Notes: generated from the letters alone by a model not told the origin. A stretch of 64,000 nt of DNA from Eledone cirrhosa (GCA_964016885.1 OZ024740.1:49538001-49602000); one strand, 5' to 3'; counted from the first letter of the stretch, positions 27,887 through 42,009 are shown. Made by a program: numbers and translations.

Positions 27887-30800
27887 TTACAGACACATAC
27901 TCAGAGAAGGCCCATTCATTCGGGCCATACTTGCTTCTCTCACCCATCTTTCAACAAAATGCTGGGAAGAGAGCACTTCCCTCTCTACCCTGATTTTCCT
28001 TTTCAAATGAAATTTGAAAAAGTTAATCAGGGCATCACCGAAGAGGTAAGTGCTCGTCTTCAGCCCTTTCAAACGTGTCCACCATACTATCTCTTTCGCC
28101 ATGGCCACCAGACAGATAAAAACTGCCTGCCCTTCCAGGCTAAAGGAAGGGGGCGGGGCAATCCTCACGATGGACTCAGCTGATAGCTGGATCCGTCCTA
28201 CACGTGACAGCAGGTGTTCGACATAAACCCACAAGTCAGCAATGCTCGGACACTGGACGAGTGCGTGCAGGACGGTTTCGTCGCCCTGCGCGCATCTCGG
28301 ACATGCCCGGCTGACGGCACCTCCATGCCTGTAGAGTTTATCCCGAACTGGCAAAGCTCCTCGGTAGCACTGCCAGGCCAGGGATTTCTGGAAGTTGTCC
28401 ATAGGCCCCGGCCCGAAAGTCCTTCCGAAGAGATTGGCTAGTTGATTTTCGTCGACGCCTAGAGTTTCTCCAAGTACGTCGTCGCTCTTCCCCTCCACTA
28501 ATCCCCTATAGAACGCCAAGGTGGAGTTTCCACCGATCACATTGCCCGATTGGTCGAGGGCTGTGAGCGCCTGAAGACATTCCAGTCTCCAAGCGCTCCC
28601 TCTCGGTCTTCGCTTGACCCAGGACTGCAGCTCCGTCAAGGAGACGAGCTGGGGAAAAACGTGTCTTGCAAACGGCGACCACACCTGATCACCGTCGAGG
28701 AAGAGGTGGAGATGTCGTAGCCTGAGCGCGTGTCTGCGCATCATCAGCCACCGCATGCCCAGCCCTCCACGTAGCGGGTGTTGACAGCAGATGGACCGCC
28801 TGACCATCGGAGCACGTCCCTTCCACAAGAAGGGATAGCTTCCTCTCGGCCCATTTCTGGGTGAGAGAGGCCACCCTGCTCGTCACCTCGTCCCAGTTTT
28901 TGTCCGTCTGGAGGTCTGGACCGAACCAGACCCCTAGCAATTTAACCGGTCCGTCCGTCCAGCGCCCGACGACGCTGTTAGACGGCATGGACCTGCCTCT
29001 CCAGGTGCCGAGCTGCAGGCCCACTGAATTTTCCTGGTTGATTATTGCTCCTGTCACCGCTTCGTATTCTCTTAGTGTAGTGCCGATCGCCTCGATGTGT
29101 TTGGCGTTCGACACCACTACGGTGACATCGTCCGCATATGCTGACACCGATCTTCCGCATCCTAGTTCGCGCGGGACCCCCCTCAACGTCTCCAGTTTGT
29201 GCAGTAATGGCTCGAGAGTCAATACGTACAATAGGGACGAGAGGGGACATCCATGGCGGACCGAGCGCATGATGTTGAACGGTTCCGAAAGGTGACCGTT
29301 CACTCTCACTACAGAGCATATATCGCTGTGCATGGCAGCGATCCAGCCTCTGAAGACGGGCCCAAAGCCAGCCGCCCTCAGGACTGCCGCTAGGTAACGA
29401 TGGTCGACCCTATCGAAGGCTTTCGACTGATCTAAATTGATCAAAGACCCACCCGTGCCAGGTTCCCTAGCTACCCTCTCTACGGTGTATCGCATGAGGT
29501 GGAGGTTGTCGTGGATGGATCTGTCGGGAATGGCACATGTCTGTGCCTCTCCCACCAGACCACCAACGACAAGCGCTAACCTCTTTGCTAGCACCTTGGC
29601 CAAAATATAGAACTCTGTGTTTAGCAGAGTTATGGGCCTAAAATTATCTATGTTATCCCCCTTGTTCGGATCCTTTTTCAGGGCTGGGAATTCTCCCGTT
29701 CTGTTGCCAGTTGCAGTAGACGTCCGCCAAGAGGCCTCCGAACAAGTCTGGCATTTGTACGTAAAGTTCATAGGGCAGACCATCCAAACCAGGCGATTTA
29801 CCCCTTGTGCAGCCAGTCATTGCCTCCCGTACTTCAGCGGTTGTTATCGGCTTTTCGCAACACTCCGCCTCAGTGGCCGAAAGCCGCGGCAGTCCGTCGA
29901 GGTAGACACTAAAGTCCATCCCTCGATCCGGCCCGCCACTGCCCCCGAACAGTTGAGCGAAGTGTCGCTGAAAAGCTTCACACATTTTCCCGGGATCGAG
30001 TAGCATGCGCCCGTCGTGGTCCACCAAAGACCGGATCGTGGATTTGTTGCCACGACGCGCCTCCGCCACTCGGGACCATTGAACGGCTTTCGTCCCCTCG
30101 TGTCTGAGAGCACGCTCCCTAGCTCTGACAACGCAGCCTTCGTGCTTTGCATTGAAGAATTGGTCAAGGGCCAATCTCGCCGCAAGTACGTCGGTCGCGA
30201 TGCCTTTGCTAAGCGCCTCGTCTAATTTTCTAACTAATTCTCCCTCTGCTCTATTTTTCTCTATTGCTAAAGCCTTACTAAACCTAATGGACTCTATTCT
30301 AATTGCTCTTTTCAGAACAAACCACCACTTGTTGTTGACGATGGCCCCCGTCAACGCCCGCTTAACTAGTTCGCTAATCCGGTCTCTGTAGGCCTTGCGC
30401 GCTGGTAAGGACGCGTTTAGCTTCCAGTAGCCGGGTCCTCGTCTATGAAGCCTATCTAAGTCAAGCACGCAGATTACGAATTTGTGGTCCGTGTAGCTGA
30501 CTATCTTGAATTGTGGACAACCTATGCTAGACCTATCTATTTCCCTACAAAATACTCTATCTAGATATGATCTGGATGACCCTATGCGATTTGTCCAAGT
30601 CCACATTGGTACATTCGGGAAATCCATTCGGTACCTGTCAGACAGTTCAAAACGCCTGAGCAGGTTGGTGAGACTCTTGCACCCTCCTTCCCTATCCACT
30701 AATCCCACACAATCCCAGCGTGCATCTAAGATCCCGTTCCAGTCGCCCACTAACACTAAAGAGCGGGACGTGCCAAGAAAGGTCTCTAGACGCCGGAAGA

Positions 30801-31165
30801 AATCAGGCCGCCCTGCTCCTGTCGGGGCATAGACGGCCACTAACCTGAAAGCTTGCCCATCTCCGCTTGTCACGTCCAGCAACACCAACTTACCCTCTGG
30901 GTCCAGGAAGATGGCCCGTATGGCAAGATCCAAACCTCTCCGAAAAAGCACAGCAACTCCTCCCCCCCGATCCCGGACGGCTGGGAGATGCGTACACATC
31001 GTAGCCGCCGAAGATCGGTGCGAAAGCCTGTGCTTCGGAGATTCTGGTCTCGCTGATGGCCACTACATCTATGTTTAGTGACCTGAGGTCGTTGAGCAGG
31101 TGGCCCTGCTTCCATGACGACCCCAAGCCACGCGCATTTATGCTGCCTATTCTGAGTGAGGTCAT
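27887..31165 (-). pseudogene. Tx1 copy 1 ORF2 (APE endonuclease, reverse transcriptase, C-terminal zinc finger), disrupted
   Basis: MTSLRIGSINARGL, ISETR, VYAPT, GDWN, YLDRVF, TDHK, SPGLDGL, FRPITLLN, DQSKAFDRV, YADD, CPRC...HALVQC. Frameshift in a 7-G run near 30962; deletions of 26 bp (about 29680) and 116 bp (about 28832) relative to copy 2. Confidence 0.9.
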
Positions 31166-31199
31166 GTTGAAAAGGAGTGGAAAAGATGGGAAAGACCAC

Positions 31200-33186
31200 T
31201 TACCTTACTTCTCGTAGGGGAAGGACGGTTTTTCCATCCTTTTCACTGCTTGTGGCCTCCTCAGGAAGGATGTCCTTATAAATCCTCCTGGAGAGTGCTT
31301 GTCGGAAGTCTCCGATGTCTTTGGGGAATTTTTGTTTTAGTGTCATGTACGTTTTCTGTGTGATGCGAGTGATTTGTATGTGTGGAGGTGGTGTGAATTT
31401 TGGGGTTGTTGTGTAGTCTTTTTCTGTGATGCTGGTGTTGTGTTGGATGTAGTGTAATAATTGCTTGTTGTTCAAATTTAATGCTGTGTAGTGTGTATCG
31501 TTTTTTTTGTTTTGTTTGCGTTTGTTGTGGGTTTGTTTCTGTTTCGCATTTTGGTGACTTTTGTGGTGTAGGTGATGGTGGTGTTGGGGTTAATGATGGT
31601 GATGGTGTTGGTGTTTGGGTTGATGGGGTTGGTGATGCTGGTGTGGATGGTGGCATATCTGTCCTAACTTTTTTGTTTCTTAATTTATTTGTTTCCCTCT
31701 GTATTTTGTTTTTGGAGGGGGAAGGTAGAGAATTTTTTCTTTTTTGGTTTCTTTTTTTTTTTCCTGATACCGTTTCCCACTCCTCGTCGTCACAATCTGT
31801 CTCCAGTTGTGATAGGCCGGGGAGTGGAAAATCCTCCACAGGCGTTAGTTTTGGTTGTGGCGTGGTGGATGGTGTAGGCGCTGGTGCTAGTTCTGAAGCG
31901 TTGGGTGGTGGTGGTGTTGGTTTTGCTGGTGGTGGTGGTGGTGTTGGTTTTGCTACTGTTGCTGGGGTTGTTGCTGTTATAGTTGCTTCTGTTGTTGCTG
32001 CTACAGTTGTTGCTGCCATCTCTGCTACTGGTGGTGTTGATGGTTGTGTCACTGGGGTGGGTAGGAGAGGTGGCCTCAACCTTTTAGCCTGAGGGCAGAA
32101 AGCCCTTAGGTGGGTTCCTTCACCACAAACGACACACCTAGGTCTTCTACCCTCGACAATTACCGTGAGGTGGCTGCCGTCAGTGAGGTCTATTACCTCT
32201 GGGATCTCCTCAATGCTTTTTTGGTCCGCTTGTATCAGGAGCTCCATCCCAGATCCGGACCAGTTTTCCTGCTTTTCTTTTGCTATTGCTATTATTTTCG
32301 TGTTGGCTTCGATGCCGGCGAGGACGGCCGCTATTAGCCAGGGAATTTCGATGGCCGGTGGAACGTGGGTCACCCTGATCTTTACGAGTCTCTGGCCACA
32401 ATAGCTTGGGACGAGTGTGAAGTGGTCACTTTTTAATGGGGCCATGGAGTGTTCTCTAGCCTCCTCTGGTGTTTCAAAGAACACGTCCACGGTTCCATAC
32501 TTTTGCCCACGTCTGATGTGGGTTTTTCTTGCCCACACATGTCCCAAAGCTTTTTGGATTTGGGACTCGGATGCCCGTTCCACTCGGCGCGATTTTACAT
32601 TTATTGTTCTATACGACACGGTGCATAGGCACCGATGCTCCATTTTATTAGGTGGGATGGGGGGGGGACTGACCCTGTACCCATCTTTCTTTACCATTTG
32701 TTTGGCATTTTCTAAATCCTCCTGAGTTACCGTAAATGCTTCGAACTGTTTTGCTACTCTGGCAAAAATCAGGGTGGTTTTTTTAATGTCATTGTTGTTG
32801 TTGTTGCTATCGTTATTTTTGTTATTATTAATTTTAGTTTCAGTTGTGGTGGTGGTGACGTCAGTGAAAGTCGGTTTGGGAGAGTCCATTTTGGTTGAAA
32901 ATATTTCGACATCACGAGTTGATTTATTTTTTCCTTTTGTTTCTGTTGTCGCGGTGGTGGGGGTGGTGGTTGTCGCGGTGGTGGTGGTGGTGGAGGCTTT
33001 AACACCTGCAGTCATTGGTAATGGCGGGAAATGAATGTCTGCCTGAGACAAATTTAAAATATTGCTACTGCTTATATTTTTTTTAGTGTTGGTAAACGTA
33101 ATAACATTTACAATGGTGGTGTCGGTGTGAGGTGTTAATTTGTGAGGAAGGCTTTCAGCTGCTTAGTGCAGAGGTGAATTAGCCAT
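31200..33186 (-). pseudogene. Tx1 copy 1 ORF1 (gag-like, CX2CX4HX4C knuckle, Pro/Thr-rich)
   Basis: CVVCGEGTHLRAFC. An early TAA at codon 8 (copy 2 has CAA) and a 7-bp deletion near 31505. Confidence 0.85.
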
Positions 33187-33396
33187 TTTTTTTTCAAAGA
33201 AATTTTTTGATAATCATAAAAGTTTAAATTTTGGGCACAAGGCCCCAATCTTTTTGGGTGTCCTTTTCGGAAAACAATGTATGTGCGCTTATATATAGTT
33301 AACAATAAAAATTTTCCATAAATGGCAATTTTTAACAAACGGAAATAACAAAACTTTGCGGAGCTCACGATGATACGATTTACTACGTAGGTCGCC

Positions 33397-33453
<57 letters not shown>
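33397..33453. repeat. (AAT)19 spacer between the two Tx1 copies
   Basis: Directly visible. Confidence 0.95.
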
Positions 33454-33454
<1 letters not shown>

Positions 33455-33696
33455 TGTTCTTTATTAACCACAAGGGTTTACATAAAGTAGACATTAAGGA
33501 CAGTACAGGACAATACAGGACGGTACAAATGGGCATTTTTGCGTGTAAAAAAAACAGAGGTTGAAATAAAATAACAAAGAAAAATTCCCCAATAGGGGGA
33601 GACTTCCGAGGGACATTTGTGGAGAAAGCCCATTAAAAGGCCACAGTGGCCCTGACCACCAGGGCAAGTGCCCTCTCCCAGTTTTCCACCTTTAAT

Positions 33697-36600
33697 TTAC
33701 AGACACATACTCAGAGAAGGCCCATTCATTCGGGCCATACTTGCTTCTCTCACCCATCTTTCAACAAAATGCTGGGAAGAGAGCACTTCCCTCTCTACCC
33801 TGATTTTCCTTTTCAAATGAAATTTGAAAAAGTTAATCAGGGCATCACCGAAGAGGTAAGTGCTCGTCTTCAGCCGTTTTAAACGTGTCCACCATACTAT
33901 CTCTTTCGCCATGGCCACCAGACAGATAAAAACTACCTGCCCTTCCAGGCTAAAGGAAGGGGGCGGGGCAATCCTCACGATGGACTCAGCTGATAGCTGG
34001 ATCCGTCCTACACGTGACAGCAGGTGTTCGACATAAACCCACAAGTCAGCAATGCTCGGACACTGGACGAGTGCGTGCAGGACGGTTTCGTCGCCCTGCG
34101 CGCATCTCGGACATGTCCGGCTGACGGCACCTCCATGCCTGTAGAGTTTATCCCGAACTGGCAAAGCTCCTCGGTAGCACTGCCAGGCCAGGGATTTCTG
34201 GAAGTTGTCCATAGGCCCCGGCCCGAAAGTCCTTCCGAAGAGATTGGCTAGTTGATTTTCGTCGACGCCTAGAGTTTCTCCAAGTACGTCGTCGCTCTTC
34301 CCCTCCACTAATCCCCTATAGAACGCCAAGGTGGAGTTTCCACCGATCATATTGCCCGATTGGTCAAAGGGCTGTGAGCGCCTGATGACATTCCAGTCTC
34401 CAAGCGCTCCCTCTCGGTCTTCGCTTGACCCAGGACTGCAGCTCCGTCAAGGAGACGAGCTGGGGAAAAACGCGTCTAGCAAACGGCGACCACACCTGAT
34501 CACCGTCGAGGAAGAGGTGGAGATGTCGTAGCCTGAGCGCGGGTCTGCGCATCATCAGCCACCGCAAGCCCAGCCCTCCACGTAGCGGGTGTTGACAGCA
34601 GATGGACCGCCTGATCATCGGAGCGCGTCCCTTCCACAAGAAGCGAAAGAGCAAACGCTCCAGCGCAGTCAGGCGGGGCTTAGGACAAGGTACGACGGTC
34701 AGGCGGTAGTAGATGACGGATGCGATGTACGCATTCGCCACCTCCGCTCGACCTTTCAGGGATAGCTTCCTCTCGGCCCATTTCTGGGTGAGAAAAGCCA
34801 CCCTGCTCGTCACCTCGTCCCAGTTTTTGTCCGTCTGGAGGTCTGGACCGAACCAGACCCCTAGCAATTTAACCGGTCCGTCCGTCCAGCGCCCGACGAC
34901 GCTGTTGGACGGCATGGACCTGCCTCTCCAGGTGCCGAGCTGCAGGCTCACTGACTTTTCCTGGTTGATTATTGCTCCTGTCACCGCTTCGTATTCTCTT
35001 AGTGTAGTGCCGATCGCCTCGTTGTGTTTGGCGTTCGACACCACTACGGTGACATCGTCGGCATATGCTGACACGGGTCTTCCGCATCCTAGTTCGCGCG
35101 GGACCCCCCTCAACGTCTCCAGTTTGTGCAGTAATGGCTCGAGAGTCAATACGTACAATAGGGACGAGAGGGGACATCCTTGGCGGACCGAGCGCATGAT
35201 GTTGAACGGTTCCGAAAGGTGACCGTTCACTCTCACTACAGAGCAGATGTCGCTGTGCATGGCAGCGATCCAGCTTCTGAAGACGGGCCCAAAGCCAGCC
35301 GCCCTCAGGACTGCCGCTAGGTAACGATGGTCGACCCTATCGAAGGCTTTCGACTGATCTAAATTGATCAAAGACCCACCCGTGCCAGGTTCCCTAGCTA
35401 CCCTCTCTACGATGTATCGCATGAGGTGGAGGTTGTCGTGGATGGATCTGTCGGGAATGGCACATGTCTGTGCCTCTCCCACCAGACCACCAACGACAAG
35501 CGCCAACCTCTTTGCTAGCACCTTGGCCAAAATCTTGAACTCTGTGTTTAGCAGAGTTATGGGCCTAAAATTATCTATGTTATCCCCCTTGTTCGGATCC
35601 TTTCTCAGCAGCACAACCGCTCCTCGGCTCACAGAGCTGGAAATTCTCCCGTTCTGTTGCCAGTTGCAGTAGACGTCCGCCAAGAGGCCTCCGAACAAGT
35701 TTGGCATTTGTACGTAAAGTTCATAGGGCAGACCATCCAAACCAGGCGATTTACCCCTTGTGCAACTAGTCATTGCATCCCGTACTTCAGCGGTTGTTAT
35801 CGGCTTTTCGCAACACTCCGCCTCAGTGGCCGAAAGCCGCGGCAGTCCGTCGAGGTAGACACTAAAGTCCATCCCTCGATCCGGCCCGCCACTTCCCCCG
35901 AACAGTTGAGCGAAGTGTCGCTGAAAAGCTTCACACATTTTCCCGGGATCGAGTAGCATGCGCCCGTCGTGGTCCACCAAAGACCGGATCGTGGCTTTGT
36001 TGCCACGACGCGCCTCCGCCACTCGGGCCCATTGAACGGCTTTCGTCCCGTCGTGTCTGAGAGCACGCACCCTAGCTCTGACAACGCAGCCTTCGTGCTT
36101 TGCATTGAAGAATTGGTCAAGGGCCAATTTCGCCGCAAGTACGTCGGTCACGATGCCTTTGCTAAGCGCCTCGTCTAATTTTCTAACTAATTCTCCCTCT
36201 GCTCTATTTTTCTCTATTGCTAAAGTCTTACTAAACCTAATGGACTCTATTCTAATTGCTCTTTTCAGAGCAAACCACCACTTGTTGTTGACGATGGCCC
36301 CCGTCAACGCCCGCTTAACTAGTTCGCTAATCCGGTCTCTGTAGGCCTTGCGCGCTGGTAAGGACGCGTTTAGCTTCCAGTAGCCGGGTCCTCGTCTATG
36401 AAGCCTATCTAAGTCAAGCACACAGATCACGAATTTGTGGTCCGTGTAGCTGACTATCTTGAATTGTGGACAGCCTATGCTAGACCTATCTATTTCCCTA
36501 CAAAATACTCTATCTAGATATGATCTGGATGACCCTATGCGATTTGTCCAAGTCCACATTGGTACATTCGGGAAATCCATTCGGTACCTGTCAGACAGTT

Positions 36601-37116
36601 CAAAACGCCTGAGCAGGTTGGTGAGACTCTTGCACCCTCCTTCCCTATCCACTAATCCCACACAATCCCAGCGTGCATCTAAGATCCCGTTCCAGTCGCC
36701 CACTAACACTAAAGAGCGGGACGTGCCAAGAAAGGTCTCCAGACGCCGGAAGAAATCAGGCCGCCCTGCTCCTGTCGGGGCATAGACGGCCACTAACCTG
36801 AAAGCTTGGCCGTCTCCGCTGGTCACGTCCAGCACCACCAACTTACCTTCTGGGCCTAGGAAGATGGCCCGTATGGCAAGATCCAAACCTCTCCGAAAAA
36901 GCACAGCAACTCCTCCCCCGATCCCGGACGGCTGGGAGATGCGTACACATCGTAGCCGCCGAAGATCGGTGCGAAAGCCTGTGCTTCGGAGATTCTGGTC
37001 TCGCTGATGGCCACTACATCTATGTTTAGTGACCTGAGGTCGGTGAGCAGGTGGCCCTGCTTCCATGACGACCCCAAGCCACGCGCATTTATGCTGCCTA
37101 TTCTGAGTGAGGTCAT
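33697..37116 (-). pseudogene. Tx1 copy 2 ORF2 (APE-RT-zinc finger), two single-base frameshifts
   Basis: The 928-aa ORF covers most of APE and RT. A 5-G run at 36915-36919 (6 would restore the frame) and an extra base near 34367 break it. Confidence 0.9.
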
Positions 37117-37150
37117 GTTGAAAAGGAGTGGAAAAGATGGGAAAGACCAC

Positions 37151-39143
37151 TTACCTTACTTCTCGTAGGGGAAGGACGGTTTTTCCATCCTTTTCACTGC
37201 TTGTGGCCTCCTCAGGAAGGATGTCCTTATAAATCCTCCTGGAGAGTGCTTGTCGGAAGTCTCCGATGTCTTTGGGGAATTTTTGTTTTAGTGTCATGTA
37301 CGTTTTCTGTGTGATGCGAGTGATTTGTATGTGTGGAGGTGGTGTGAATTTTGGGGTTGTTGTGTAGTCTTTTTCTGTGATGCTGGTGTTGTGTTGGATG
37401 TAGTGTAATAATTGCTTGTTGTTCAAATTTAATGCTGTGTAGTGTGTATCGTTTTGGTTGTTTTGTTTTGTTTGCGTTTGTTGTGGGTTTGTTTCTGTTT
37501 CGCATTTTGGTGACTTTTGTGGTGTAGGTGATGGTGGTGTTGGGGTTAATGATGGTGATGGTGTTGGTGTTTGGGTTGATGGGGTTGGTGATGCTGGTGT
37601 GGATGGTGGCATATCTGTCCTAACTTTTTTGTTTCTTAATTTATTTGTTTCCCTCTGTATTTTGTTTTTGGAGGGGGAAGGAAGAGAATTTTTTCTTTTT
37701 TGGTTCCTTTTTTTTTTTTTCCGGATATCGTTTCCCACTCCTCGTCGTCACAATCTGTCTCCAGTTGTGATAGGCCGGGGAGTGGAAAATCCTCCACAGC
37801 CGTTAGTTTTGGTTGTGGCGTGGTGGATGGTGTAGGCGCTGGTGCTAGTTCTGAAGCGTTGGGTGGTGGTGGTGGTGTTGGTTTTGCTGGTGGTGATGTT
37901 GGTTTTGCTACTGTTGCTGGGGTTGTTGCTGTTATAGTTGCTTCTGTTGTTGCTGCTACAGTTGTTGCTGCCATGTCTGCTACTGGTGGTGTTGATGGTT
38001 GTGTCACTGGGGTGGGTAGGAGAGGTGGCCTCAACCTTTTAGCCTGAGGGCAGAAAGCCCTTAGGTGGGTTCCTTCACCACAAACGACACACCTAGGTCT
38101 TCTGCCCTCGACAATTACCGTGAGGTGGCTGCCGTCAGTGAGTTCTGTTACCTCTGGGATCTCCTCAATGCTTTTTTGGTCCGCTTGGATCAGGAGCTCC
38201 ATCCCAGATCCGGACCAGTTCTCCTGCTTTTCTTTTGCTATTGCTATTATTTTCGTGTTGGCTTCGATGCCGGCGAGGACGGCCGCTATTAGCCAGGGAA
38301 TTTCGATGGCCGGTGGAACGTGGGTCACCCTGATCTTTACGAGTCTCTGGCCACAATAGCTTGGGACGAGTGTGAAGTGGTCACTTTTTAATGGGGCCAT
38401 GGAGTGTTCTCTAGCCTCCTCTGGTGTTTCAAAGAACACGTCCACGGTTCCATACTTTTGCCCACGTCTGATGTGGGTTTTTCTTGCCCACACATGTCCC
38501 AAAGCTTTTTGGATTTGGGACTCGGATGCCCGTTCCACTCGGCGCGATTTTACATTTATTGTTCTATACGACACGGTGCATAGGCGCCGATGCTCCATTT
38601 TATTAGGTGGGATGGGGGGGGGGGACTGACCCTGTACCCATCTTTCTTTACCATTTGTTTGGCATTTTCTAAATCCTCCTGAGTTACCGTAAATGCTTCG
38701 AACTGTTTTGCTACTCTGGCAAAAATCAGGGTGGTTTTTTTAATGTCATTGTTGTTGTTGTTGCTATCGTTATTTTTGTTATTATTAATTTTAGTTTCAG
38801 TTGTGGTGGTGGTGACGTCAGTGAAAGTCGGTTTGGGAGAGTCCATTTTGGTTGAAAATATTTCGACATCACGAGTTGATTTATTTTTTCCTTTTGTTTC
38901 TGTTGTCGCGGTGGTGGGGGTGGTGGTTGTCGCGGTGGTGGTGGTGGTGGAGGCTTTAACACCTGCAGTCATTGGTAATGGCGGGAAATGAATGTCTGCC
39001 TGAGACAAATTTAAAATATTGCTACTGCTTATATTTTTTTTAGTGTTGGCAAACGTAGTAACATTTACAATGGTGGTGTCGGTGTGAGGTGTTAATTTGT
39101 GAGGAAGGCTTTCAGCTGCTTGGTGCAGAGGTGAATTAGCCAT
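37151..39143 (-). pseudogene. Tx1 copy 2 ORF1, frameshifted in two homopolymers
   Basis: Starts MANSPLHQ. The + strand G11 run at 38614-38624 (copy 1 has G9) and T13 run at 37708-37720 (copy 1 has T11) split it into three ORFs. Confidence 0.85.
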
Positions 39144-39353
39144 TTTTTTTTCAAAGAAATTTTTTGATAATCATAAAAGTTTAAATTTTGGGCACAAGGT
39201 CCCAATCTTTTTGGGTGTCCTTTTCGGAAAACAATGTATGTGCGCTTATATATAGTTAACAATAAAAATTTTCCATAAATGGCAATTTTTAACAAACGGA
39301 AATAACAAACCTTTGCGGAGCTCACGATGATACGATTTACTACGTAGGTCGCC

Positions 39354-39495
<142 letters not shown>

Positions 39496-42007
39496 GTTGT
39501 TATTCCTTGAATCTCAGGCATTGATGTTGGTTAACTGGAAAGTCCGTTGGATTGAATATCAGGCCACTACCTGCAGCCTCAGATATTCAGGACGTATCGG
39601 AGGGTTCTTGCTGTTCCAAGCAAGCATGCCTTTTGAAGCGTTCCAAAAAGCGTGAAGGGGCCGATTTTCTTTAACCATCCCTGGAAACTTTTGGAGATAG
39701 TCCCCAGTGCGCCTATGACAATCGGGATCACTTTGACTTCATGGCAGTTCCAAATCCTTTTCACCTCCCACTTTAGGTCCTGGTATCGGTTAATTTTCTC
39801 CCTCTCCTTCTCTTGCACTCTCGTGTCGAACGGGCAGGCCACATCCACAATCAGACACGATCTTTTTTCTTTGTCCACAACCACCAGGTCAGGTCTATTG
39901 TGTTCCAGTTTTTTGTCCGTCTGTATCCTAAAATCCCACAGCACCTTCACCTGATTGTTCTCCATCACCGCCTCTGGCCTATGCTCATACCATTTCTCAG
40001 AATGTGGTAAATTGTTTACTTTGCACATGTGCCAGTGGATTACCCTGCCCATCACATCGTGTCTCCAGCCCTTATAGTGGGTCTGGGCTAGGTGTTTACA
40101 CTCGGACACAATGTGAGCCACAGTCTCCTCTTTCTCTCCACAGATCCTGCACAGTGGGCTAGCCTCCTCCTTGTAGATATGGTGCTTCAACCACTTCGTT
40201 TTGAGGGCCTGCTCCTGCGCAGCCATTAGCATTCCTTCTGTAGCCTTTTTGAGGTCTCCTCTTCTCAACCAGTTCCATGTCTGTGGATCTCTAAATTCAG
40301 TTTTCTCAAAGAAGCTACTATGAAGGGATTTTCCCTTAAGGCTGCTCTTCCTCCTTGATGTTATTTCCTCCTTGGACATCCCCTGGCCTACTGTCCCCTC
40401 CTTCAGTACAGTTCTGAGCATTGGCTCCTTACTATAGGTCACGTATTTGTATAGGTTGTTTTTCTCCATCTGAACACAGTCCTCTATGCTGATAAGACCT
40501 CTTCCACCCTCAGATCTCCTTAGGTAGAGTCTATCGACATCACTCCTCTTGTGGAACATGTTGTAGATAGTCAATAGCTTCCTAGTCTTCCTATCCATTT
40601 CTTTTTGTTCAGCAACATTCCATCTCAGAATTCCCGCACTGTACCTAATAATAGACACAGCTCGGGAATTTACTGCGCTTATGGCATTTCTGCTGTTCAG
40701 ATGTGACTTCAATACGCTCCTTACTCTCCGAATGTATTCAGTTCTTAACAATTCCTTCATTTTTTTGTTCTTTATGCCATCAGCCTCCAGAACGCCCAAA
40801 TACTTGTATCCTTCCTCAGAGTCAATTTCCTTTATCATCTCACCTGTTGGTATCTGGATCCCGTTACTTCTGCTCAACCTACCCCTCTTCATCACAATGA
40901 CTCCACATTTACCAATACCAAACTGCATACATATATCACTGCTGAAAATACGGACAGTGTCAACAAGCACATCCAACTCCTTCTCACTTTTCCCGAAGAG
41001 CTTAAGATCGTCCATGAAGAGGAGGTGATTGATGGTAAGCTCTCCCCTTCCCAACTTGTATCCTGCTCTCACTTTTCGCAGCATAATGGTCAAGGGCATC
41101 AGGGCAAGGACAAACAACAGAGGGGACAGGCTATCTCCCTGGAAGATACCACTCTTGATCTTCACGCTTCCCAAGGATACTCCAGTTGATGTCAACTCTG
41201 TCTCCCAGGACCCCATACTCCTGCCTAGCAACTGTCTGATGTTATCTGCCACCCTGAAGATCTCCAGGCTTTTGGTGATCCAGGAATGAGGCACCATGTC
41301 AAATGCCTTTCTGTAGTCTATCCATCCCATGGCAAGATCAGTGTGTCTCCTCCTGCAATTCCCCATTACCATCTTATCAATAAGCAACTGGTCCTTTGTA
41401 CCACGTGACTTCTTTCGGCATCCTTTCTGTTCGTCCGGTAACAAGTTGTTTGTGTGGAGGTGATGGTAGATTTCCTCAGACACAATGCTTGTCAACAGTT
41501 TCCACATTACGGACAGACATGTGATAGGTCTATAGTTGGTAACATCATTACCCTTGATTCGGTCTTTCATTATCACAACTGTGGTACCCTTTGTCAACCA
41601 CTCTGGCACCTCACCCGACACCAAGCAGTCATTGAACATGGCCGTCAGCTTCGGGTGGAGGGATGTTAAATGTTTAATCCAATACCCCTGCACACCATCT
41701 GGGCCTGGTGATTTCCAGTTGGTTAGTTTTTTGGCCTGCCCCTTAAGAGTTTCAACTGTGATACTCAAATCAGTTTGTTGTTGTGCCTGCTCACCGATCT
41801 CCCTATGTACTGTCTCAATCCACCCTGCCTGGGCATTGTGTCTAACATCCTGCTCCCATATTCCTCTCCAGAATGTTTTAGTTTGCTCCGCCCCAGGGAT
41901 CAAGTCGTTGCCTCTTTCTTTCCCCTCAAGCTGTCCAAACAGCATCTTCTGGTTGTTGTCGAACATGCGGTTCTGTTTATACTGACTGACTCTGTTCTCG
42001 TATCGCC

Positions 42008-42009
<2 letters not shown>
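39496..42009 (-). mobile_element. Young 5'-truncated R4/Dong-type RLE non-LTR retrotransposon inserted in (TAA)n
   Basis: Uninterrupted RT-CCHC-RLE frame. Short 3' UTR ending in (AAT)n on the sense strand; the 5' break abuts the tract at 42010-42103. Confidence 0.88.
39579..42008 (-). CDS. Reverse transcriptase / restriction-like endonuclease ORF, 5'-truncated, about 810 codons without a stop
   Basis: KSPGPDG, YRPITCL, IDYRKAFDMVPH, GIFQGDSLSPLLF, LFMDD, YKYLG, GGRGL, CRIC...HIVSEC, RHD, HNRPDLVV...IVDVACP, PIVIGALG. Confidence 0.88.

Larger units (their letters stand above)
27643..33396 (-). mobile_element. Full-length Tx1-clade (L1 group) non-LTR retrotransposon, copy 1
   Basis: ORF1 (zinc knuckle), ORF2 (APE-RT-CCHC) and a 3' UTR with AATAAA. 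Both ends abut (AAT)n. Near-identical to 33454-39353. Confidence 0.93.
33454..39353 (-). mobile_element. Full-length Tx1-clade non-LTR retrotransposon, copy 2 (about 5.9 kb)
   Basis: Same organisation and same 5' end (ggcgacctacgtag) as copy 1; flanked by (AAT)n. Confidence 0.93.

Noticed and set aside
36920-37150. N-terminus MVFPIFSTPF... of the 928-aa ORF, or a programmed frameshift
   Set aside because: The true APE start (MTSLRIGSINARGL) is in another frame. The two copies deviate in opposite directions at the G-run, which fits indel error rather than recoding.
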